Shown piece after piece: positions 1 to 8,259 of a stretch of DNA of 10,948 nucleotides. Numbering within the stretch: position 1 is the first letter of the stretch; every line of letters starts with the position of its first letter. The stretch spans positions 1-10,948 of the forward strand of contig NW_021827164.1 in assembly GCF_006345805.1 (NCBI RefSeq). Direction: 5' to 3'. Below the pieces are notes generated by a model, which did not search any database, was not told the origin of the DNA, and worked only from the letters and a program-made list of their open reading frames with translations. The position numbers and the translations under genes were made by a program. The DNA is from Octopus sinensis. Lineage: Eukaryota.

Positions 1-19
1 AGAGCGGCACAGCCATGCC

Positions 20-53
20 TGCATACATATACACACACATTCATACACACGTC

Positions 54-103
<50 letters not shown>
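20..103. repeat. (CA)n microsatellite
   Basis: Perfect AC run ~57-103, preceded by degenerate CA/TA units from ~20; explains the HT-repeat ORF 15..206. Confidence 0.95.
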
Positions 104-104
<1 letters not shown>

Positions 105-361
105 CTTGACGACTATTTTCACAATGGAGAAGTGTCGTTCGCATGCTATCACATCATCCGCTTCCTGTGCTCAGACGAACGGGGTTCTTATCTGATGCCT
201 TCCTAATTATAAGACGATAACAGCCGAGACCTGTATCCATGTTGACTATCGCCTCCTGCAGGTTATGACAGAAGCGGAATAGAGATATCAGGCTGAGGAG
301 CCCTATCGCGAGATGTGCGCTTATTATAACAGGCACATAACCACACACAGACTACTGTGCG

Positions 362-541
362 CGCGTGTGTAAGTGTGTGTGTGTGAGAGAGAGAGAGGGG
401 GGGGAGAGAACGAGTGGAAGTGAGAGAGGGAGAGAGAGAGAACGAGTGGAAGTGAGAGAGAGAATGGGGGAGAGAGAGAGAGTGAAAGAAAGAGAGAGAG
501 AGAAGCAGAGAGACAGATAGGAAGACAGATAAATAGAGAGA

Positions 542-573
<32 letters not shown>

Positions 574-786
574 CGAGAGGAAGCGAGAGAGAGAGAGAGA
601 GAGAACAAGTGGAAGCGAGAGAGAGAATGAGGGAGGGAGACAGAAATAAGGATGTGTGTGTACATGCAGATAGACAGAGAGAGAGAGAGAAACAGACGGT
701 AGGAAGACAGACAGACAGGCGGATAGATAGATAGATAGATAGATAAAGAGAGAGAGAAAGAGAGAGAGAGAATGAGTGAGTGAGTG
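362..786. repeat. Compound (GT)n/(GA)n/(GATA)n/(GAGT)n purine-rich low-complexity tract
   Basis: (GT)n 362-385, GA-rich 385-775 with (GATA)n ~722-744 and (GAGT)n ~774-786; explains the SL-repeat minus-strand ORFs 263..883, 324..665 and 352..852. Confidence 0.95.
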
Positions 787-938
787 ACCCTGAGCTAAAT
801 GCCGAAGATACGGAAGGATTTCCAACATTGCAATAGCTGTCGACATCATCAAGAGCTTGCAGTTTCTGCGCAGTGCAGGACATCTCTGATGTTTACTTCC
901 TCTGTCAGGTTTAGTTCTTAATGGGTTCCGTCTCGAGG

Positions 939-1002
939 TTGGCAGTCCGTTCTTGTGGTCTGAAGACCCTTTGGCAGTTCGTTCTTATGGTCTGAAGACC
1001 CT
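939..1002. repeat. Tandem duplication, 2 x 32 bp
   Basis: ttggcagtccgttcttgtggtctgaagaccct (939-970) directly followed by ttggcagttcgttcttatggtctgaagaccct (971-1002); 30/32 identical. Confidence 0.95.
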
Positions 1003-1099
1003 CAAAAACTTGTGAGGTTGACACACTTAAGGATGGGTTACAATAGCTGCAAGTGTCATCGACGAGAGAAAATTAAAAAACGAAGAAAAAAGAAAAAGA

Positions 1100-1480
1100 A
1101 ACATGTGTGTGCTGGGTAGGATTTCCGGTGGGACTTCTTTCACTGGAAGAAGGAATGGTTTTAGTAGTTAGTGACTGAGGTTGAAGGATCGGGTACAACT
1201 TGGGTAATGAAAGGTATGGAGGCTCTTGTGTCACGAGTGCTTGAGGGGGATGTATTGTACGAGTGAGTGTAATACATCCGAGGAGTATAGGCCATTGTAG
1301 TAACGGTAGAAGAAAAACACAGAGAGGACACAGGAGTTCTGTAGGCGAGAAGGTGGAGTGTGGGGTTAGATAACGACTTCGTACAATTCAATAACATGGT
1401 TTTCCTTTGGATGTTTATGTTGAATTGGAAACTTCTGTGGGAACAAATGGTGCAGTTTGCGTATTGTATTGTAATCATTA
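1100..1480 (-). mobile_element. Degenerate 3' coding end of a CR1/Jockey-group non-LTR retrotransposon (region C-terminal to RT)
   Basis: Minus strand across frameshifts reads IQRK (1401-1412), L..LLAYRTPVSSLC, FYRYYNGLYSSD (FYRYYNG at 1291-1311), TRDTRAS, TNY*NHSFF (SFF 1146-1154) and a degenerate W.SLP-like segment (~1114-1127). This order matches the recalled LINE C-terminal pattern IQRRA..L..LQPL.HRR.V.SL.LFYRYY.G.CS...TR...SFFPRT..LWNSLP. Exact clade is uncertain. Confidence 0.6.
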
Positions 1481-1703
1481 TGTTGCACTAAATCAATATG
1501 TCACCAAAGAATCAATGTAAAATCGATGAGGAAAGCGGAAAAAATAACTCAAGGATTTTATTATTCATATAACCATGATTTACACATGTGTATACCCGAG
1601 TGAACTTTAGATTATAAAATTATGAGGCAGTTTTGATATGAAGGTAAAATGTAAAACTTTTCACTGTACGTCAAGCAAGTCCCCATCCCATGTATGCGAG
1701 CAG

Positions 1704-1977
1704 CATTGGCGCAGCTAGGGTGGGGCAAGCATGGCACATGCCCTGGGCGCCACTTTGTGCGGGGAACGCAATTTTGGTCAAGACCATTTTCTAATTAAGC
1801 CCTTAAAAAAATTTTAACCTTTTCATTTACGGTTTGTTTTTTCTTGTCATCATCTACACCATCAGACGGAATAGGTGTTCTTATTTGACCTCACAAAATG
1901 CATACGCTGCTTTTTTGGTTGTGGGGACACAACTGTAGTGTTTGCCCTAGGCGCCATTTACCCTAGATACAGCCCTG
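1704..1977. mobile_element. Non-autonomous hAT-superfamily DNA transposon (MITE, possibly Tip100-like), 274 bp
   Basis: Degenerate TIRs cattggcgcagctagggt (1704-1721) and accctagatacagccctg (1960-1977). Flanking 8-bp direct repeat gcgagcag (1696-1703) / gtgagcag (1978-1985), 7/8 identical. Subterminal motif tgccct(g/a)ggcgcca at 1739-1752 and 1943-1956. No coding capacity. An 8-bp TSD with CA...TG ends is typical of hAT elements. Confidence 0.75.
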
Positions 1978-2190
1978 GTGAGCAGTGCCCTATTGTGGGT
2001 CGCGTTTGATATTCGTAGGGGTTCAGTACTAGTTGACGGCTGAAATGAAACACCGGACTATGTTGGGGCGGTCTGGCATTTCTAACGGCATTCAATATTC
2101 TAGTTGCATACATCTCCATGTTCTAAGTGATGGAATGTCGGACAACAGGGATTTCTCGATATCTGTAGTTCTTGTATTTTTGTGTTACCG

Positions 2191-2353
2191 AGACTGTTCG
2201 TGGCCTAGTGGTCAGGAGATTTGGCTCACGATCATAATGTCGCGGGTTCAATTCCTGGACCGTGTGATGCGTTGTATCCTTGAACAAAACACTTTCATTT
2301 CACTTTGCTGCGGCCTACTTAACTGTAAATGGCGACCAGCTATGTGCTGGTGC

Positions 2354-2355
<2 letters not shown>
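2191..2355 (+). mobile_element. tRNA-derived SINE with CORE-like central domain (octopus OR-type by recollection)
   Basis: Pol III A box TGGCCTAGTGG (2201-2211) and B box GGTTCAATTCC (2245-2255). These are followed by tgtatccttgaacaaaacacttt...ctgtaaatgg (2273-2332), resembling the CORE domain (MIR core: tgtgaccttgggcaagtcactt...ctgtaaaatgg). Ends at a (TC)n run. Confidence 0.8.
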
Positions 2356-2396
<41 letters not shown>

Positions 2397-2415
2397 TCTC
2401 TCCCTCTCTCTTTCT
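2356..2415. repeat. (TC)n microsatellite
   Basis: Perfect run 2356-2392, degenerate to ~2415. Confidence 0.95.
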
Positions 2416-2937
2416 CTGGAAGAATCCGTTGTGTTAAGACCTAAAGGGGGATAAGATCCGCCAGATGCCAGATTATATTTTAACACCCAAGACTCACTAC
2501 ATCGCTTCTACGACCCACCAAAGAGTTAAGCGCCCATGACGTGACAAGGCAACGAAACAATTCCTGCTGCAGTCGATATAAGCATTCGCCTTTCGATCTT
2601 ATTATCTCCCCTGACCACTCCGATAGTTTTCACTGACGCAGACGACATGTTAGATTCAACAGACGATATTTTATAAACAACGTCGAGTTCAGAGATTGTT
2701 TCTCATAAAACAGAACAAGAGAGAGATGCCATTCCAGATAAAACATATCTAAAATTTTGTTTCTCGGGAATATTTATTAGGTTATACTTTAACTGTTATT
2801 CCTGCTGGGTTCCATTTTTATATCTAAATTCATATTTTATTTTAGTTTGCTTTCATTGTTCTGTCTTCTAATGGCTTATTTGAGGACACAGTTTTCCCAC
2901 CAAAACCATCGACATGGAATGCCAAGTTTACTTACTA

Positions 2938-2966
2938 TATGTGTGTGTGCACGTCCACGTGCATAG

Positions 2967-3008
<42 letters not shown>

Positions 3009-3235
3009 CTATGAATAACATGTAACTATATAGGTTTCTGTTCGTGTATATGCACTTGTGCATGTATGTATGATGCATAATATATATATATATATATATA
3101 TATGCATGTGTATGTATGTATGTATGTATGTATGTATGTATGTATGTATGTATGTATGTATGTTTGTATGTATGTATATATGTGTGTGTGTGTGTGTGCG
3201 TGCGCGTGTGTGTGTGTGTGTGTATGCATGTATGT
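2938..3235. repeat. Compound (TG)n/(TA)n/(TATG)n microsatellite cluster
   Basis: (TG)n 2970-3006, (TA)n ~3080-3103, (TATG)n ~3111-3162, (TG)n/(CG) 3180-3223; explains ORFs 3009..3254, 3026..3229 and 3058..3282. Confidence 0.95.
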
Positions 3236-3534
3236 TAAAATATAATGAAGGCAAAAAAGTGCTTATCTGTTCCGGGCTATGAGTTTCACAAGCGAGTAGG
3301 CAAGAAGGAAAAGAAGCGAACGTGTGATGGGAATGCGAAAGCGAAGCGAGAGACAGCGAAATGGCTGGAGATGCTTGCTACAATAAACAACTGCTGAAAA
3401 CGAAACGCTTCCTTAATTAATCCAACAGACCAATATATGGGGGGGGAGGGATTAGATTAATCGGATTAATAAAGTGGAGGTGGGGGAGAACTAAAAACAT
3501 CGATCAGTTGTCAGACAATCTTTGAAAACGCAAT

Positions 3535-4420
3535 AAATGTACAAAGAGAACTGAGGAGTGGTGGCCAAATACAAGTAGGCAGATGTTTTTAGTTGCTTTT
3601 ATTGAGAAAGACTCTAGGTCTCTACTGGTCTTTTGCATCAAATCCTTAATTCACAATCCTCTTTTGAAGCACTGTTAAAATCCACAGATGGCTACCACTT
3701 ATTAAAGAAGCCGAAAATATCATTCAGCTTCCGAAGACCATTTTGCTGGACTCTTTCTTTCGACCTTTCTGTGGAAGAAAGTGCATTTATCGATAGCTTA
3801 CCTGAGCAAGATATTCTTCATAATGTAAAATATAAGTCTGCAGAGAATGAAATAGTTTTGTTTATCAAGCAGATCAATAATGGCATGGTGCTAGGATTAA
3901 ACGACACCTCAATCGAATTGCTGCAAATTGGATACAAAAGTTTGCTTCATCTGCCAAACTTAATCTGATTACAAAGAACTGGGAAGGATCCCATGCACCA
4001 AAGGACTAGACTGGTGGAATTTTTTGTCTAATATTCAAAGTCAAAGGTTTTTAATCTGTCTGTAATAATCCTTGTGGCACTACTCTGTTACATAGAGATT
4101 AGATAAATGCATTAACCAGGTTTTTATCTAAGCCGATAATAAGGAATCAACACCGTCTGTGCCACATGTAACACAATCTGGTTTTAGATCATGAAGGATC
4201 ACTATGGATAGGATTCTATCTGCGAGACAATATATTTTCTAATATATCGAACAGTAGGTATTTCTGTACCAAATCTTTGTTGACTTAACAACGATCTTTG
4301 ACACCTTTGACAAAGAAAGCTTTGTGGAAAGGCTTTTGAAAGTTGTACGTCAAATTTCGTCAATATATTTAAGAAAGTACATCGCAAACTAAAGGTTTCC
4401 GTAATTTCTCAAATTTTTAT
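3535..4420 (+). mobile_element. RTE-clade (BovB/RTE-1-like) LINE remnant: linker plus N-terminal reverse transcriptase, pseudogenised
   Basis: Across three frames: VQRELR/EWW (3539-3564); LKSTDGYHLL, EDHFAGL and ENEIVLFIKQINNGMVLGLNDTSIELLQIG (around ORF 3633..3968; cf. EV..AI.QL..GKAPG.DGIPAELLK.G); NLITKNWEG..PKD*TGGIFCLIFKVKGF*SVCNNPCGTTLL (~3962-4089; cf. IW....P.DW....I..IFK.KGD...C.NYRGITLL); QSGFRS*RITMDRILSARQ..IEQ..LYQIFVDLTTIFDT (4174-4305; cf. QCGFR.GRST.DMIF..RQLQEK..EQ...LY..FVDLTKAFDT); ALWK and FVNIFKKVH. Many stops and frameshifts. Confidence 0.9.
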
Positions 4421-5054
4421 TCGCTGAATACTATTATATTTGCTTATCCTGACAACAGCATCATTGTACGTTTGCGTAATTAATTGTTGAAACAGCCTAG
4501 TTCCATCTAATTTTTTTATAGCTATGTATATAATAACCTGAACCATTTTCATTAACGTTAGTCACCCCAGAAAACTTTGTCTATTTTTATCAGAATAGCA
4601 TTCAAATGAAAGCTGAGATGAACAACTAACGTCAGGAGTTTCATCATTAAAATGGCGACACACATACATTTCGTTGTCCTAGTTTTAAATACGATCTGAA
4701 AGAAGAGAAACCATTGACGAGATTAAATCGCTTTCAAGAGTTAATGAAAACCTTTTAATAACAATAAGAATGTTCAAAATGATTTTGTGATTTCTCATCC
4801 AAAGCAACGACACAAAAACCTAATTCAATGTCGCTACCCCTATCTCAGCATAAATATCTCGATATACTTTTTCACATAACTCACTTTCTTCTTGACCTTA
4901 AAAGCTAATTCTTGCATTCTCCAAATGTATATTATTCTAAATAAATCTTTCAAAGAAATCTTTGTTTTTCCAAAACTTCTTTATGCCTGTTTATAGCAAA
5001 TTATTTCTGCTAGCAAACGCCAAGATTGATTCTACCTGCTTCTACAAGTAATTT

Positions 5055-5168
5055 TTTTTCTCGTTTCAATCATTAGACTAGCGGCCAGGCTGCAGCACTC
5101 CTTCGAAGAATTTCCGTCGAATGAATCGACCTCCAGTACTTCTTTTTAAGCCTCGTACTTGTTCTATC
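5055..5168 (-). mobile_element. 3' segment of an abundant octopus-type SINE
   Basis: tttctcgtttcaatcattagactagcggccaggctgcagcactcc...gtcgaatgaatcgacctccagtact...aagcctcgtacttgttctatc is colinear with a repeat recalled from Octopus DNA (cttgtttcagtcatttgactgcggccatgctggagcac...gtcgagcaaatcgaccccaggac...aagcctagtacttattctatc). Identified from memory only. Confidence 0.65.
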
Positions 5169-5171
5169 TTG

Positions 5172-5410
5172 TATTATATATAATATATATATATATATAT
5201 ATACATACACACGACACACACACACACGCGCACATAATATATGTATGTATACATCTATATATATACTATATAATATATACATATATATATATATATTATA
5301 TATATCTATATATATATATATATATATATATATTTAAATATATATATATGTATATACATATACACACACCACCTTTCTCACCTATATTATATTATATACA
5401 TACACACACA
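5172..5410. repeat. Compound (TA)n/(CA)n microsatellite
   Basis: Nearly continuous TA/CA alternation; a second TA block at ~5535-5581. Confidence 0.95.
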
Positions 5411-5603
5411 AGACCCGCATTAGACTCCTCACTCGTATCATTTCATTATCGAATTGAAAGTTTAAACTGTAGACCTTCCAGAGCACTTACATATCTTACC
5501 TGCCACCTTGGGTCTTCTGGATACCAATCCTCTCATATATATAATATATATATATTATATATATATATATTATATAATATAGTGAGAATTTACAAAACAA
5601 AAA

Positions 5604-5706
5604 GCTATAGTAGAAGGCATTTGCCCATGGTGCAGTGCAATGGGATTGAACCCAAACCCATGTGGTTGGGGAGAACAATGTGATTCTTACCGCACAGCCA
5701 CGTCTA
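5604..5706 (-). mobile_element. tRNA-derived SINE head plus start of a CORE-like domain (octopus-type), 3'-truncated
   Basis: Minus strand: A box TGGCTGTGCGG (plus 5690-5700), B box GGTTCAATCCC (plus 5642-5652), then caccatgggcaaatgccttctactatagc. Matches the recalled octopus repeat gtggctgtgtggtaag...cccaaccacatggttccgggttcagtcccactg...caccttgggcaagtgtcttctactatagc. Confidence 0.8.
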
Positions 5707-5946
5707 TATGAGTAGCTAAGGAACTGCAGTCACATGTTATTTACAACGTCACATGTTTCATTGACAGAACTCACAAACACGGCCACGTGACCATTTATCA
5801 AGTTGATTAAGTTTCTCTAATAAGCTTTTCTTAATTTTGTCGGGTTTAATGTCAGGCAAAGCCTTCTACTGTTGACTATGCGTTCCTTTCCAACCGACCA
5901 CTTAACTGGATATCTTAATGAAAAACTTTAAATTGCTGCTTATCGT

Positions 5947-6044
5947 GAGGGCTGGTGGTTAAGGGCTGGTCGTTGAGGGCTGGTCGTTGAGGGCTGGTGG
6001 CTGAGGGCTAGTGGTTGAGGGCTGGTCGTTGAGGGCTGGTCGTT
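5947..6044. repeat. G-rich minisatellite, 7 x 14 bp (consensus GAGGGCTGGTCGTT)
   Basis: Contiguous units start at 5947, 5961, 5975, 5989, 6003, 6017 and 6031; 0-2 substitutions per unit; no spacers. Confidence 0.97.
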
Positions 6045-6234
6045 GGGTGGGTGATATCTTTGGTGTTAAATCCATTGGAGCCTGCATCGGTTGACGTGTT
6101 TTGATGTTTTAACAGCATCCCTACTGGTTATTTTCGGTCCTTTTATTGCAAAACATAGCCTTAAAAATAATCGTTGTTTTAAGGTTTTGGTCCGAAACGC
6201 AAAATTCTTTTGTTGCCAAGCAGTAGAAGTTACT

Positions 6235-6439
6235 GTTTGTGTGCGTATGTGTGTGCGCGCACGTGTGTGTGAGTGTGTATGTGCGTGCATGTAATATATA
6301 TATATATATATATTATATATGTATGTATATATACACACACCACAACACACATATATAATCCACACACACACATATAATATATATATATATATTATTATAT
6401 ATATATATCTATATATATATATATAGATATATATATTAT

Positions 6440-6490
<51 letters not shown>

Positions 6491-6502
6491 TATATATATT
6501 AT
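6235..6502. repeat. Compound (TG)n/(TA)n/(CA)n microsatellite
   Basis: Direct reading of the sequence; explains the IY-repeat part of ORF 6066..6563. Confidence 0.95.
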
Positions 6503-6660
6503 ATGGCGGGAACGAGAGAGGGATAATGAGAAGGGAGAAAGGATTATTGATGAAGTAATACATTAGAATTCCAGGAAAGATGAGCAGCCATTTGTTTCTG
6601 ATCCCAAATTAGAAACCACTAGCTGACCTTCTCTCCAGGAATGTTGATATATTTGCTAAT

Positions 6661-6732
6661 CACGCACTCACACGCACGCACACACACGCAGACGCATACA
6701 CACACACACACAGATGCATACACACACACGCG
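6661..6732. repeat. (CA/CG)n alternating purine-pyrimidine tract
   Basis: cacgcactcacacgcacgcacacacacgcagacgcatacacacac...cacgcg. Confidence 0.9.
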
Positions 6733-7116
6733 TACCCATGGGCACATATGAATGAGTGTGTATGAGTTAGTAAGACCACAAGAAGTGGTGCCAGGAAAAT
6801 TTGAAGAATCTCTCAAGCTGCTGAAATTAATGCGGCTGATGTTCAGTTGGGATGTTTTCTCAAATGCTGACTGCGGAAGGATGCGGATGGAATCGTAGAA
6901 GATAAACGATGAGAAGACAAAGAATGAGGTAAGAATATTCAATGCTGAAGATAAGACACGGAAGAAAGGAAGAGAGAGAGTGGGGGAGAAGAGGTGAATG
7001 ATATTTTGGTAAAAGAAAGTTCCAGTTGGTGTAGAGTTTGGGTCAGTCAAGCTTTGCTCACAGAAACCATTGTATGAGGTATTTTGAGAGCAAATTAATT
7101 GTGGCAGTTCTTGAAA

Positions 7117-7119
<3 letters not shown>

Positions 7120-7153
<34 letters not shown>

Positions 7154-7251
7154 GTCGAAGTTGGTGTTGCGTTGAAGAAGCATACTTGTGGGTAGTTGGT
7201 GTGTTGGTGGGTCTTCTGTTCCTCTGTGTGTGTGCGTTGTGTGTGTGTGTA

Positions 7252-7302
<51 letters not shown>

Positions 7303-7330
7303 GTTTGTGTGAATGTTTGTGTGTGTGTGT
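7120..7330. repeat. (GA)n (7120-7150) and (TG)n (~7225-7330) microsatellites
   Basis: Direct reading; explains ORFs 7095..7454 and 7099..7377. Confidence 0.95.
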
Positions 7331-7395
7331 ACAAATCAGTAAAAAGTGTCAAGAAACGTGAGCCTGTATTCATGTAGAAGTAAAGATTAAGTGAT

Positions 7396-7610
7396 GTGTG
7401 TATACATTTATATATATACATATATATATATATACACACACACATATCATACATACATACCTATAAATATACATGTATATATATGTATGTATATATAAGT
7501 ATATATATATATACATATAAGTATGTATATATGTATATATATGTATATATTTACTCTACATACATATATATGCATGTATGTATGTGTGTGTATGTATGTA
7601 TGTATCTGTA

Positions 7611-7656
<46 letters not shown>

Positions 7657-8052
7657 CACATACACTTATATATTTATACATACTATCATATACTATATAA
7701 TATATATATATATATATATATACATATATACATATCTATATACATAAGTATATAGATATATATTTAATATATATATAATATATATACATACATATATATA
7801 CATATGTTTAAACTATATAGCTATATATACATATATATACATATGTGTATACATATATAGCTATATATACATATATAATATATACATATATATATTCATA
7901 TATATACTGTGCATACATATATATATACATATATATATATATATGTAATATATATATATATGTATATGTATATATATGTATATGTATATATATATGTGTG
8001 TGTGTATGTATGTATAATATATATATATATATACATAAACACACACACAGAT
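7396..8052. repeat. ~650-bp degenerate (TA)n/(TACA)n/(TATG)n array with embedded (TC)12 at 7611-7634
   Basis: Almost entirely alternating pyrimidine-purine; explains the YI-repeat ORFs in this span. Confidence 0.95.
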
Positions 8053-8179
8053 AGATAAATGCAGTCATATGTATGTATACGTGATGGCGATGATGATGAC
8101 ATTCTTTGATGGTGAAGTTCCATCTGAACAACCCTGACCGTCGCACCCATCCTTACCCACGTTATAACCATTTCGCAAA

Positions 8180-8215
8180 CACCACCATCATCATCACCAC
8201 CATCGTCATCATCAC

Positions 8216-8259
<44 letters not shown>

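Noticed and set aside
889-899. Adjacent forkhead (TGTTTAC) and ETS-like (TTCC) motifs
   Set aside because: Short motifs with no independent support in a repeat-derived neighbourhood.
939-1002. CRISPR repeat pair (32 bp)
   Set aside because: The two copies are adjacent with no spacer.
2191-2265. Functional tRNA gene
   Set aside because: A and B boxes and a T-arm are present, but there is no convincing acceptor or anticodon stem, and a CORE-like SINE body follows. The same applies to 5640-5706.
5071-5426. Repeat of cattagact (5071-5079, 5418-5426) as a target-site duplication
   Set aside because: The first copy lies inside the SINE 3' segment, and the pair does not bound a coherent element; likely chance.
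5947-6044. CRISPR array or functional Chi sites
   Set aside because: The units are contiguous with no spacers, there are no cas genes, and the context is eukaryotic. GCTGGTGG acts through bacterial RecBCD and is irrelevant here.
6770-7080. Purine-rich unique stretch as an exon or element ORF
   Set aside because: All plus frames contain stops and I recognise no motif; minus ORF 6619..7050 resembles nothing I can name.
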